Below, piece after piece: positions 18,559-27,305 of a stretch of 35,705 nucleotides of DNA. A program made the translations under genes and the position numbers. The notes below the pieces were generated by a model that ran no database searches, was not told the DNA's origin, and was given only the letters and a program-made list of their open reading frames with translations. Source of the stretch: a virus (Duplodnaviria; Heunggongvirae; Uroviricota; Caudoviricetes); IMG/VR virus record IMGVR_UViG_2698536687_000005. The stretch is one strand, 5' to 3'. Numbering within the stretch: position 1 is the first letter of the stretch; each line of letters starts with the position of its first letter.

Positions 18559-18936
18559 ATGAAAAAGAAATTAATCAGCGGGCTGTTTCTGATGTTATGG
18601 ATGGCGCTGTTAATCGCAGCAATGGTGTATCCCCAGGGGATTTTTCCGGTACTGGCAGCGTCCGGCGTTTGGGTAGCCTGTTTACTGACATGGGCGGTAA
18701 TTCCGGTAGCACTGGCTGCGTTAATTAAGAATGGCCCGCTCTGGCAGGAGTTGAGGGCATCTTTGCTGAAGGCCATTACCCGAAAAGAAAACGTATTTAT
18801 CAGCTGGGTGATGCGATTGCTGATTGTCGTAAGTCTCGCCTGGACGGGGTGGGCTATTACCCTGGTCTTTTATCTACTGACCGTTATTGCCTTCTGGATC
18901 ACCCGTAATCAGATGGCGCAACAGGTAGCAGCATGA
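18559..18936 (+). CDS. lysA: Lysis regulator membrane protein (P2 LysA-like)
   Basis: 125 aa from ATG at 18559; multiple transmembrane segments. Confidence 0.7.
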   Translation: MKKKLISGLFLMLWMALLIAAMVYPQGIFPVLAASGVWVACLLTWAVIPVALAALIKNGPLWQELRASLLKAITRKENVFISWVMRLLIVVSLAWTGWAITLVFYLLTVIAFWITRNQMAQQVAA

Positions 18937-19361
18937 ACCGGTTGCTGCTGGTTATGCTGGCGTTATTACTGGCGGCGCTGGGCTGGCAGACGTGGCGGCT
19001 GGCTGATGCCAGCCAGACCATCAGCACGCAGGCAGACGAGCTGCAGAGCAAAAGCCAGGCACTGGCAAAGAGCAACAGCCAGCTTATCAGCCTGTCCATT
19101 CTGACTGAAACCAATAACCGGGAGCAGGCGCGGCTCTATGCCGAAGCAGAACAGACCAGCGCGCTGCTGAGACAACGACAACACCGGATAGAGGAACTGA
19201 AACGTGAGAACGAGGATTTACGCCGCTGGGCTGATACTCCTTTGCCTGCTGACATTATCCGGCTGCGGGAACGTCCGACGCTCACCGGAGGTGCAGCTTA
19301 CCGTCAGTGGTTGTCCGCGAGTGACGCCGTGTCGGCTGGATCAGGCAGCGCCGCGCACTAA
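18933..19361 (+). CDS. lysB: Spanin inner-membrane subunit (LysB/Rz-like)
   Basis: 142 aa; N-terminal TM then coiled-coil. Confidence 0.75.
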   Translation: MNRLLLVMLALLLAALGWQTWRLADASQTISTQADELQSKSQALAKSNSQLISLSILTETNNREQARLYAEAEQTSALLRQRQHRIEELKRENEDLRRWADTPLPADIIRLRERPTLTGGAAYRQWLSASDAVSAGSGSAAH

Positions 19362-19494
19362 CGGTGATCTGAACGCGTTGCTGGATGAAACGGAGGCCGC
19401 CTGGGCGGTCTGTGCAGACAAAGTGGACATGATTATTGCGTGTCAGGAGCGAAACAGTGAACAAACCACAATCCCTGCGCCACGCCCTCAATAA
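19204..19494 (+). CDS. lysC: Spanin outer-membrane lipoprotein subunit (LysC/Rz1-like), overlapping lysB in another frame
   Basis: 96 aa; lipobox 'LSGC'; overlaps the 3' part of lysB as in P2. Confidence 0.7.
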   Translation: MRTRIYAAGLILLCLLTLSGCGNVRRSPEVQLTVSGCPRVTPCRLDQAAPRTNGDLNALLDETEAAWAVCADKVDMIIACQERNSEQTTIPAPRPQ

Positions 19495-19888
19495 AGCGGT
19501 GCCTTATGTCCGCAATAACCCGGACAAACTGCATCTGTTTGTGGATAACGGTTCGCTGGTTGCCACGGGGGCCAGCTCCATGTCATGGGAGTACCGTTAC
19601 ACCCTGAACGCGGTGATTGAGGATTTCAGCGGGGACCAGAATCTGCTGATGGCCCCGGTTTTGCTGTGGCTGCGGGATAACCAGCCCGATGCCATCAATA
19701 ATCCGGCGTTACGGGAAAGACTATTCACCTTTGAGGTGGATATTCTGCGCAACGATGTCTGTGATATCAGCCTTAACCTGCAACTGACGGAGCGTGTGCT
19801 GGTCAGCACTGACGGCAGTGTGTCGAGCGTTGAAGCTGTAGCAGAACCCGATGAACCTGAAGAAATGTGGACGGTGAAACGTGGCTGA
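19436..19888 (+). CDS. R: Tail completion protein (P2 gpR)
   Basis: 150 aa; position and size; exact start uncertain. Confidence 0.75.
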   Translation: MRVRSETVNKPQSLRHALNKAVPYVRNNPDKLHLFVDNGSLVATGASSMSWEYRYTLNAVIEDFSGDQNLLMAPVLLWLRDNQPDAINNPALRERLFTFEVDILRNDVCDISLNLQLTERVLVSTDGSVSSVEAVAEPDEPEEMWTVKRG

Positions 19889-20327
19889 ACTGCAGAAGGT
19901 GGACGACTGGCTGAGTGCTTTGCTGGCGAATCTGGAGCCAGCCGCCAGAAGCCGCATGATGCGCCAGCTGGCGCAGGAACTGCGCCGGGCACAGCAGCAG
20001 AACATCAGGATGCAACGCAATCCTGATGGCAGCAGCTATGAACCGAGGCGAGTAACAGCACGCAGTAAAAAAGGCCGCATCAAACGGCAGATGTTTACAA
20101 AACTTCGCACCAAAAAATACCTGAAAACCGCCGCCAGCACGGATTCTGCCAGCGTGCAGTTTGAAGGTAAGGTGCAGCGTATTGCCCGCGTTCACCATTA
20201 CGGCCTGCGTGATCGCGTCAGTCGCAAAGGACCTGAGGTCCGTTACGCAGAGCGTCGTCTTCTGGGCGTAAATGATGATGTTGAGGCAATGACCCGCGAC
20301 ATGATTCTGCAATGGCTGGCGGGGTGA
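19881..20327 (+). CDS. S: Tail completion protein (P2 gpS)
   Basis: 148 aa; position and size. Confidence 0.78.
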   Translation: MAELQKVDDWLSALLANLEPAARSRMMRQLAQELRRAQQQNIRMQRNPDGSSYEPRRVTARSKKGRIKRQMFTKLRTKKYLKTAASTDSASVQFEGKVQRIARVHHYGLRDRVSRKGPEVRYAERRLLGVNDDVEAMTRDMILQWLAG

Positions 20328-20331
20328 TCTT

Positions 20332-20349
20332 TGTATCAGCACTGATACA
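20332..20349 (+). promoter_or_regulatory. Late-promoter activator dyad TGT-N12-ACA upstream of V
   Basis: TGTATCAGCACTGATACA, embedded in perfect palindrome TTGTATCA-GCAC-TGATACAA, between S stop and V start. Confidence 0.55.
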
Positions 20350-20395
20350 AGTTGCAGCACTGCCGCCTTTCTTCCCCTGATGGCAACCTTTCCCT

Positions 20396-20974
20396 ATGAA
20401 CGCACAACTAACCGAAATCATGCGCCTTATCACCAATCTGATCCGCATAGGTGTAGTCACCGAAGTGGACCGGGAAAACTGGCTTTGTCGGGTGAAAACG
20501 GGCGACCTTGAAACCAACTGGATTAACTGGCTGACGCTGCGCGCGGGTAATGCCCGCACATGGTGGCGACCATCGGAAGGTGAGCAGGTGGTGCTGCTGA
20601 GTCTGGGCGGCAATCTGGAAACCGCCTTTGCGTTACCCGCCATCTATTCGAATCAGTTCGCGCCACCGTCGACGTCGGCGGACGCCTGCGTGACAGAACA
20701 TCCTGACGGTGGCTGGTTTGAATACGAACCCGCCACCGGGCGCTGGTATGTCAGGGGCATCAAATCAATGGTCATTGAGGCCGCTGACAACATCACCATG
20801 AAAACCAGTGAGTTTGTGCTGGAGGCTGACCGCACGCGTATTAACAGCGAAGTAGTGATGAATGGTGGTGTTACCCAGGGCGGCGGTGCAATGAGTTCTA
20901 ACGGAATTGTGGTTGATGCACATCAGCATACTGGCGTCCTGAAAGGCGGCGACACAACCGGAGGCCCGGTATGA
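20396..20974 (+). CDS. V: Baseplate spike protein (P2 gpV)
   Basis: 192 aa; P2 gpV-like. Confidence 0.85.
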   Translation: MNAQLTEIMRLITNLIRIGVVTEVDRENWLCRVKTGDLETNWINWLTLRAGNARTWWRPSEGEQVVLLSLGGNLETAFALPAIYSNQFAPPSTSADACVTEHPDGGWFEYEPATGRWYVRGIKSMVIEAADNITMKTSEFVLEADRTRINSEVVMNGGVTQGGGAMSSNGIVVDAHQHTGVLKGGDTTGGPV

Positions 20975-21330
20975 CGCTTTATAGCGGGATGAACAATACC
21001 AGCGGTAAAGCCATTACTGATATTGACCATCTGCGCCAGTCGGTGCGGGACATTCTGCTGACGCCGCAGGGTAGCCGCATTGCTCGCCGTGAATATGGTT
21101 CCCTGCTGTCGGCACTGATAGACCAGCCACAAAATCCGGCGTTACGCCTGCAGGTCATGTCGGCAGTGTATGTGGCGCTGAGTCGCTGGGAGCCACGGCT
21201 GACGCTGGATTCCATCACCATCAACAGCAATTTTGACGGTTCAATGGTGGTGGAGCTGACCGGGCGGCGGAATAACGGTGTGCCTGTGTCCCTTTCCGTA
21301 TCAACAGGAGCAGAGAATGGCAGTGATTGA
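20971..21330 (+). CDS. W: Baseplate wedge protein (P2 gpW, gp25-like)
   Basis: 119 aa; position and size. Confidence 0.85.
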   Translation: MTLYSGMNNTSGKAITDIDHLRQSVRDILLTPQGSRIARREYGSLLSALIDQPQNPALRLQVMSAVYVALSRWEPRLTLDSITINSNFDGSMVVELTGRRNNGVPVSLSVSTGAENGSD

Positions 21331-22225
21331 CCTTTCGCAGTTACCTGCGCCGCAGATTGTGGATGTGCCGGACTTTGAGACGCTGCTTGCCGAACGCAAG
21401 GCAGAATTTGTAGCGCTTCATCCGAAAGATGAGCAGGAAGCAGTGATGCGTACGCTGGAACTGGAATCTGAACCCATTACCAAATTGTTGCAGGAGAACG
21501 CTTATCGTGAGTTGCTCCTGCGCCAGCGCATTAACGAAGCCGCGCAGGCGGTGATGGTGGCTTATGCCATAGGGAGCGATCTGGACCAGCTCGCTGCCAA
21601 TTACAACGTGAAACGCCTGACGGTGACGCCTGCTGATAATGACGCTGTGCCACCCGTTGCTGCTGTGATGGAAAGCGATGAAGCGTTACGCCTGCGTGTG
21701 CCTGCGGCTTTTGAAGGGCTTTCGGTTGCGGGGCCAACCGCAGCTTATGAATTTCATGCCCGAAGCGCCGACGGTCGGGTGGCGGATGCCAGTGCAACCA
21801 GCCCGGCACCTGCAGAGGTGGTACTGACTGTCCTTAGCCGCGAAGGCGACGGAACAGCAGAAAAAGACCTGCTGGATGTGGTGGAGAACGCCCTGAACAG
21901 TGAGAACGTCCGCCCGGTGGCTGACCGTCTGACGGTTCGCAGCGCAGAAATCATACCGTACCGCGTGGAAGCCACCATTTTTCTCTATCCGGGGCCGGAA
22001 GCAGAGCCGGTAATGGCAGCGGCAAAAGCCAGCCTGCAGAAGTACATCGCCAGTCAGACGCGTCTTGGTCGGGATATCCGCCGTAGCGCCATCTTTGCTG
22101 CCCTGCATGTTGAGGGTGTTCAACGTGTGGAACTGGCTTCTCCGCTGGCGGATGTGGTCCTGAACAAAACACAGGCGGCATCATGTACGCAGTGGAGCGT
22201 AACAAACGGAGGAACGGATGAATAG
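21317..22225 (+). CDS. J: Baseplate protein J
   Basis: 302 aa from ATG at 21317 (same length as P2 gpJ). Confidence 0.85.
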   Translation: MAVIDLSQLPAPQIVDVPDFETLLAERKAEFVALHPKDEQEAVMRTLELESEPITKLLQENAYRELLLRQRINEAAQAVMVAYAIGSDLDQLAANYNVKRLTVTPADNDAVPPVAAVMESDEALRLRVPAAFEGLSVAGPTAAYEFHARSADGRVADASATSPAPAEVVLTVLSREGDGTAEKDLLDVVENALNSENVRPVADRLTVRSAEIIPYRVEATIFLYPGPEAEPVMAAAKASLQKYIASQTRLGRDIRRSAIFAALHVEGVQRVELASPLADVVLNKTQAASCTQWSVTNGGTDE

Positions 22226-22823
22226 TCTGCTGCCACCGGGTTCAACTTCACTGGAGCGCCGACTGGCGCAGACCTGTAGCGGGATTTCTGATCTGCAGGT
22301 GCCGCTGCGTGACTTGTGGAATCCGGCTGCCTGTCCGGTCAGCTTCCTGCCTTATCTCGCCTGGGCGTTCTCTGTGGATCGCTGGGACGAGGGCTGGACA
22401 GAAAGCGTCAAACGCCAGGTAGTGAAGGATGCTTTTTATATTCATCAGCATAAAGGAACCACCAGTGCCGTGCGGCGGGTGGTGGAACCGTTCGGATTCC
22501 TGATCCGCATTATTGAGTGGTGGCAGACCGGAGAAACACCGGGCACGTTTCGCCTGGATATCGGCGTGCAGGACCAGGGCATCACTGAAGATACCTATCT
22601 GGAACTTGAGCGGCTGATAAGCGATGCCAAACCATGTAGCCGTCACATGATCGGCATGTCCATCAATCTGCAGACCAGCGGTCCGCATTGGGTGGGGGCC
22701 GCCAGCTATCTTGGCGAAGAAATCACGATCTATCCGTATATCAACGAAACAATTATTTCTGGCGGCACCGCGCATGAAGGCGGGGCGGTCCATGTTATTG
22801 ACACAATGAGAGTGAATCCATGA
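22218..22823 (+). CDS. I: Baseplate/tail protein I
   Basis: 201 aa; position. Confidence 0.82.
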   Translation: MNSLLPPGSTSLERRLAQTCSGISDLQVPLRDLWNPAACPVSFLPYLAWAFSVDRWDEGWTESVKRQVVKDAFYIHQHKGTTSAVRRVVEPFGFLIRIIEWWQTGETPGTFRLDIGVQDQGITEDTYLELERLISDAKPCSRHMIGMSINLQTSGPHWVGAASYLGEEITIYPYINETIISGGTAHEGGAVHVIDTMRVNP

Positions 22824-24550
22824 GCACAAAATTTTATACCCTGCTGACGGATATTGGCGCGGCGAAACTTGCCAGCGCCGCCGCACTCGGTGTGCCGTTA
22901 AAAATTACCCATATGGCGGTAGGCGATGGCGGCGGAACATTACCAACGCCGGATGCAAAGCAGACTGCACTGGTAAATGAGAAACGCCGGGCTGCGCTGA
23001 ATATGCTCTATATCGACCCGCAAAACAGCAGCCAGATTATTGCTGAACAGGTGATCCCTGAAAACGAGGGTGGTTGGTGGATACGTGAAGTGGGCCTGTT
23101 TGATGAATCCGGGGCATTAATTGCCGTGGGCAACTGCCCGGAAAGCTATAAGCCGCAACTGGCTGAAGGCAGCGGGCGCACCCAGACAGTGCGCATGGTG
23201 CTGATTACCAGCAGCACGGACAATATCACCCTGAAAATCGACCCTGCTGTCGTGCTGGCAACCCGTCATTATGTAGATCAACAAATAGAAATTCATGAGC
23301 AATCGCGCCGCCATCCTTCTGCGTCTTTGACAGAAAAGGGATTTGTACGTCTGTATAGCGGTGTGGAAAGCAATGATGAAACAGTCGCTGCAACGCCAAA
23401 AGCAGTGAAAATAGCGATGGATAATGCCAGCGCCAGACTGGCAAAAGACCGCAATGGTTCTGATATTCCCAATCCGGCACTGTTTGTTCAGAATCTGGGA
23501 TTGAAAACGACTGTTGATAAAGCTGCATCAGCGATTCAGCCAGGAGATTATGGAATTGGCCTGGCTTATCTGAAAACCATGGGAACCAAATCGCAATTTT
23601 TTGCTTATGGTACAGCTGTCGGCTATCCAGAAGTGCCAACACATGGTGCTGGTTTCCAGGCCTGTTACAACGACAATCGACGTGCACAGATTTATGTCGC
23701 TAATGATGGCAAGATGTACTGTCGATTCAGCATGTTATCGAAAATTGCCGATGATGAAACACCGTGGAATCAGGTGTTCACCAGTGCACATTATCCAGAA
23801 GCATCAGTGAGTGTTAAAGGAATGGTGCAACTGGGGAACGATGTAAACAGCGTGTCAGAAAATGTTGCGGCGACATTGAAAGCGGTAAAAATTGCGATGG
23901 ACAACGCCAGCGCGAGACTGGCAAAGGACCGCAATGGTGCTGATATTCCTGACCCGACTTTGTTTATTCAGAATTTGGGACTTAAACCGACGGTTGATAA
24001 GGCTGAAAGTGCTCTGCAACAGGGAGCATACGGAATTGGTGGTAAAAATAACTACGAAATGGGGGAGGTTTCACAGTTTCTTGCATATTCAGGTAATGCA
24101 GATGAAGTGCCATCGAATGGTGCAGGTTTTCAGGCTGCGTATAACAAGAACAGACGCGCGCAGATTTTCATCACCGGAGCAGGGGAAATGTATCACCGTT
24201 TCAGCGGCTCTGATACGGTTAAAGACAGTACAACGCTATGGCGCCGGGGTGTTTGTGAAGATGAATTTTCATTTGGCAGCAATTATCACCGAATAACTGG
24301 CGGTGTGCTGAAGCAGTTTTTTAACAGTTATTTTTCCGGGGAAACTGGTGTGGTGAATAAAAATTATCAGGTGAATTTTCCGACACCATTTGCCCGTCAG
24401 TGCTGGTACGTGATCCCTGTTTTCCGTTCGGCACACGGTGGGAGTGTTGAGGGGGTTGCCATTACAACTATTACTGCAACTGGTTTTACTCTGAGCATCA
24501 CCGGGGATAACGGTGGATGGAATATTGGGTTTATTGCGGAGGGGGTCTGA
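22820..24550 (+). CDS. H: Tail fibre protein (P2 gpH family) with internally duplicated C-terminal module
   Basis: 576 aa; N-terminus 'MSTKFYTLLTDIGAAKLASAAALG...' typical of P2 gpH; two tandem homologous segments of about 120 aa in the distal part. Confidence 0.88.
   Translation: MSTKFYTLLTDIGAAKLASAAALGVPLKITHMAVGDGGGTLPTPDAKQTALVNEKRRAALNMLYIDPQNSSQIIAEQVIPENEGGWWIREVGLFDESGALIAVGNCPESYKPQLAEGSGRTQTVRMVLITSSTDNITLKIDPAVVLATRHYVDQQIEIHEQSRRHPSASLTEKGFVRLYSGVESNDETVAATPKAVKIAMDNASARLAKDRNGSDIPNPALFVQNLGLKTTVDKAASAIQPGDYGIGLAYLKTMGTKSQFFAYGTAVGYPEVPTHGAGFQACYNDNRRAQIYVANDGKMYCRFSMLSKIADDETPWNQVFTSAHYPEASVSVKGMVQLGNDVNSVSENVAATLKAVKIAMDNASARLAKDRNGADIPDPTLFIQNLGLKPTVDKAESALQQGAYGIGGKNNYEMGEVSQFLAYSGNADEVPSNGAGFQAAYNKNRRAQIFITGAGEMYHRFSGSDTVKDSTTLWRRGVCEDEFSFGSNYHRITGGVLKQFFNSYFSGETGVVNKNYQVNFPTPFARQCWYVIPVFRSAHGGSVEGVAITTITATGFTLSITGDNGGWNIGFIAEGV
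23373..24205 (+). repeat. Tandem duplication inside gene H (two homologous ~350-bp units)
   Basis: Unit 1 about 23373-23730 ('NDETVAATPKAVKIAMDNASARLAKDRNGSDIP...GAGFQACYNDNRRAQIYV') and unit 2 about 23853-24205 ('SENVAATLKAVKIAMDNASARLAKDRNGADIP...GAGFQAAYNKNRRAQIFI'); divergent copies. Confidence 0.8.
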
Positions 24551-24984
24551 TGAGTTATTTTTACAGTCCATCAAGAAATGCATTTTATAACAGTGAACTG
24601 AAATCTGATTATTACGATGCTCTCGATGCGTGGCCGGATGACTGTATTGAGGTAAGTGATGCAGTCTATCAGGAGTTTTATCTTGGTTATCGGGAAGGGT
24701 ACAAAATGGTTGCAGGTACTGATAACCAGCCATCATGGGAAGAACGTCCACCATTGACCCATGAGGAACAGGTGGAACAGGCAGAAATGATGAAACAGAT
24801 GCGCATTAATGAGGCTAACAACCTGATTAATGAAAAACAATGGCCATCAAAATTACAGCTTGGCAGGCTGAACGAAATGGAGACAACCAGATTTAATGCG
24901 ATGCTGGATTATCTTGAGTTACTTGAAAATATTAATGTAAGTGATGCCCCGGATATAGTCTGGCCTTTATCACCAGAAGTCTGA
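24550..24984 (+). CDS. G: Tail fibre assembly chaperone (P2 gpG)
   Basis: 144 aa from ATG at 24550 overlapping H stop (ATGA); follows H. Confidence 0.78.
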   Translation: MSYFYSPSRNAFYNSELKSDYYDALDAWPDDCIEVSDAVYQEFYLGYREGYKMVAGTDNQPSWEERPPLTHEEQVEQAEMMKQMRINEANNLINEKQWPSKLQLGRLNEMETTRFNAMLDYLELLENINVSDAPDIVWPLSPEV

Positions 24985-24988
24985 ATAC

Positions 24989-25008
24989 ATCCCCGCGTCT
25001 GCGGGGAT
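24989..25008 (+). terminator. Hairpin after G (weak terminator)
   Basis: ATCCCCGC-GTCT-GCGGGGAT perfect 8-bp stem; no strong U-tract. Confidence 0.35.
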
Positions 25009-25023
25009 TGCTGTATCCGCCGT

Positions 25024-25041
25024 TGTGCCATTTTTCATACA
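25024..25041 (+). promoter_or_regulatory. Late-promoter activator dyad TGT-N12-ACA upstream of FI
   Basis: TGTGCCATTTTTCATACA; centre about 85 bp upstream of FI ATG (25117). Confidence 0.6.
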
Positions 25042-25116
25042 AACCACATAACGTGCATCCTGCTCGTTTCAACCAGAACATAGGTAGACCCCCTCTACTA
25101 CCGGAGAGACTGCCTT

Positions 25117-26289
25117 ATGGCTCAGGATTACCACCACGGGGTGCGCGTTGTTGAAGTCAACGAAGGCACCCGATCCATTACCACGGTGAGCACCGCCATC
25201 GTGGGTATGGTCTGCACGGGCGATGATGCCGATGCAAAAATGTTTCCTCTTAATAAACCCGTGCTGATCACTGATGTGCTGACTGCCAGCGGTAAAGCGG
25301 GTGAGTCCGGTACTCTGGCCCGTTCGCTGGATGCCATCGCTGACCAGGCAAAACCCGTGACCGTTGTTGTGCGTGTGCCGCAGGGTGAAACGGAAGAAGA
25401 AACCACGACCAATATCATCGGCGCAGTGACTGCTGAAGGTAAAAAAACAGGCATGAAAGCCCTGTTATCTGCCCAGACACAGCTCGGCGTTAAACCGCGC
25501 ATTCTCGGCGTGCCAGGTCACGATAACAAAGCCGTTGCTACTGAGTTGCTGAGTGTGGCGCAAAGCCTGCGTGGGTTTGCTTACCTGTCAGCGTATGGCT
25601 GCAAGACGGTGCAGGAGGCGATCACTTACCGTGAAAACTTCAGCCAGCGCGAAGGGATGCTGATCTGGCCTGACTTTACGGGCTGGGACACGGTGCTGAA
25701 TGCCGAAGCAACGGCATATGCCACCGCCCGTGCGCTCGGTCTGCGCGCCAAAATTGATGAGCAGACCGGATGGCACAAAAGCCTGTCCAACGTGGGCGTG
25801 AACGGTGTCACCGGAATTTCTGCTGATGTGTTCTGGGATCTGCAGGACCCGGCAACCGATGCAGGTCTTCTGAACCAGAACGACGTCACCACGCTTGTGC
25901 GTAAAGACGGTTTCCGCTTCTGGGGTTCCCGCTGCCTGAGTGATGACCCGCTCTTTGCCTTCGAAAACTACACCCGCACGGCGCAGGTGCTGACGGACAC
26001 AATGGCAGAAGCGCACATGTGGGCAGTGGACAAACCGCTGAACCCGTCGCTGGCCCGCGACATTATCGAAGGTATCCGCGCCAAAATGCGCAACCTGGTC
26101 AGTCAGGGCTATCTCATTGGTGGTGATTGCTGGCTGGATGAGTCGGTGAACGACAAAGACACGCTTAAAGCCGGAAAACTCACCATCGACTACGACTACA
26201 CGCCAGTGCCGCCACTTGAAAATCTGATGCTGCGCCAGCGCATCACCGATCAGTACCTGGTGAATTTCGCCAGCCAGGTCAGCGCGTAA
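25117..26289 (+). CDS. FI: Tail sheath protein (P2 gpFI)
   Basis: 390 aa; position and size. Confidence 0.9.
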   Translation: MAQDYHHGVRVVEVNEGTRSITTVSTAIVGMVCTGDDADAKMFPLNKPVLITDVLTASGKAGESGTLARSLDAIADQAKPVTVVVRVPQGETEEETTTNIIGAVTAEGKKTGMKALLSAQTQLGVKPRILGVPGHDNKAVATELLSVAQSLRGFAYLSAYGCKTVQEAITYRENFSQREGMLIWPDFTGWDTVLNAEATAYATARALGLRAKIDEQTGWHKSLSNVGVNGVTGISADVFWDLQDPATDAGLLNQNDVTTLVRKDGFRFWGSRCLSDDPLFAFENYTRTAQVLTDTMAEAHMWAVDKPLNPSLARDIIEGIRAKMRNLVSQGYLIGGDCWLDESVNDKDTLKAGKLTIDYDYTPVPPLENLMLRQRITDQYLVNFASQVSA

Positions 26290-26298
26290 GGGGACAAC

Positions 26299-26814
26299 AT
26301 GGCTTTACCACGCAAATTAAAACATCTGAACCTGTTTAACGACGGGAACAACTGGCAGGGAATCGTTGAGTCGCTGACGCTGCCGAAATTCACCCGCAAA
26401 TATGAGAAGTATCGCGGCGGCGGTATGCCGGGGGCGGTGGATGTGGATCTGGGACTGGATGACAGTGCACTGGATACAGAATTTTCCATTGGTGGTACTG
26501 AACTGCTGCTGTTTAAGCAGATGGGCAAAGCCACGGTGGATGGCATCCAGCTGCGCTTTACCGGCTCTATCCAGCGTGATGATACCGGGGAAGTGCAGCC
26601 CGTGGAGCTTGTGGTGCGTGGACGTCACAAAGAAGTGGATTCCGGTGAGTGGAAGACGGGCGAAAGCAACACCACCAAAGTGACCAGTACCAACAGCTAC
26701 GCGAAGCTGACCATCAATGGTGAGGTGCTCTATGAAGTGGACCTTATCAACATGGTGGAAATTGTGGACGGTGTGGACCTGATGGAAGCGCACCGCAACG
26801 CCCTCGGCCTCTGA
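26299..26814 (+). CDS. FII: Tail tube protein (P2 gpFII)
   Basis: 171 aa; position and size. Confidence 0.9.
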   Translation: MALPRKLKHLNLFNDGNNWQGIVESLTLPKFTRKYEKYRGGGMPGAVDVDLGLDDSALDTEFSIGGTELLLFKQMGKATVDGIQLRFTGSIQRDDTGEVQPVELVVRGRHKEVDSGEWKTGESNTTKVTSTNSYAKLTINGEVLYEVDLINMVEIVDGVDLMEAHRNALGL

Positions 26815-26868
26815 TGTATCTGAACGGCGCGGGATACCGCGCCAGAACCCAATTCACAGGACAACAAA

Positions 26869-27171
26869 ATGAGCGATAAGCAGACTGAAAAGACCATTCA
26901 ACTGGATACCCCTATCAAGCGCGGTAAAACAGAAATTACCGAAATTGTGCTGCGTAAACCGCAGTCCGGTGCGCTGCGCGGTACACGCCTGCAGGCCATT
27001 ATGGATATGGATGTGAACGCGATGATGACCGTGATCCCCCGCATCTCCAGCCCGGCACTGACCGCACAGGAAATTGCAGAGATGGACCCGGCAGATCTCA
27101 CCGCCATGTCGGTTGAGGTTGTCACTTTTTTGTTGAAGAAGTCGGTGCTTGCCGGTTTACCGACAGCCTGA
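26869..27171 (+). CDS. E: Tail assembly chaperone E
   Basis: 100 aa; contains T6G slippery site at 27126-27132 near its 3' end. Confidence 0.85.
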   Translation: MSDKQTEKTIQLDTPIKRGKTEITEIVLRKPQSGALRGTRLQAIMDMDVNAMMTVIPRISSPALTAQEIAEMDPADLTAMSVEVVTFLLKKSVLAGLPTA

Positions 27172-27305
27172 CGGTTGACGATCTGGTGGCAGATATCGCC
27201 ACCATTTTTCACTGGCCGCCATCCGTTACTGACGTTATGCCGCTGACCGAAGTGCTGGAATGGCGGTATAAAGCGATTCAGAGAAGCGGGGCCAATGATG
27301 AGTGA
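26869..27305 (+). CDS. E': E+E' frameshift-extended tail chaperone (programmed -1 frameshift at TTTTTTG)
   Basis: The -1 frame after 27126-27132 is open for 57 codons (VEEVGACRFTDSLTV...RSGANDE) ending at TGA 27303-27305, inside the start of T; total about 144 aa. Confidence 0.7.

Noticed and set aside
24985-25116. Possible cargo at the Z/fun hotspot between G and FI
   Set aside because: Interval is only 132 bp and contains just a hairpin and the late-promoter dyad; no ORF.
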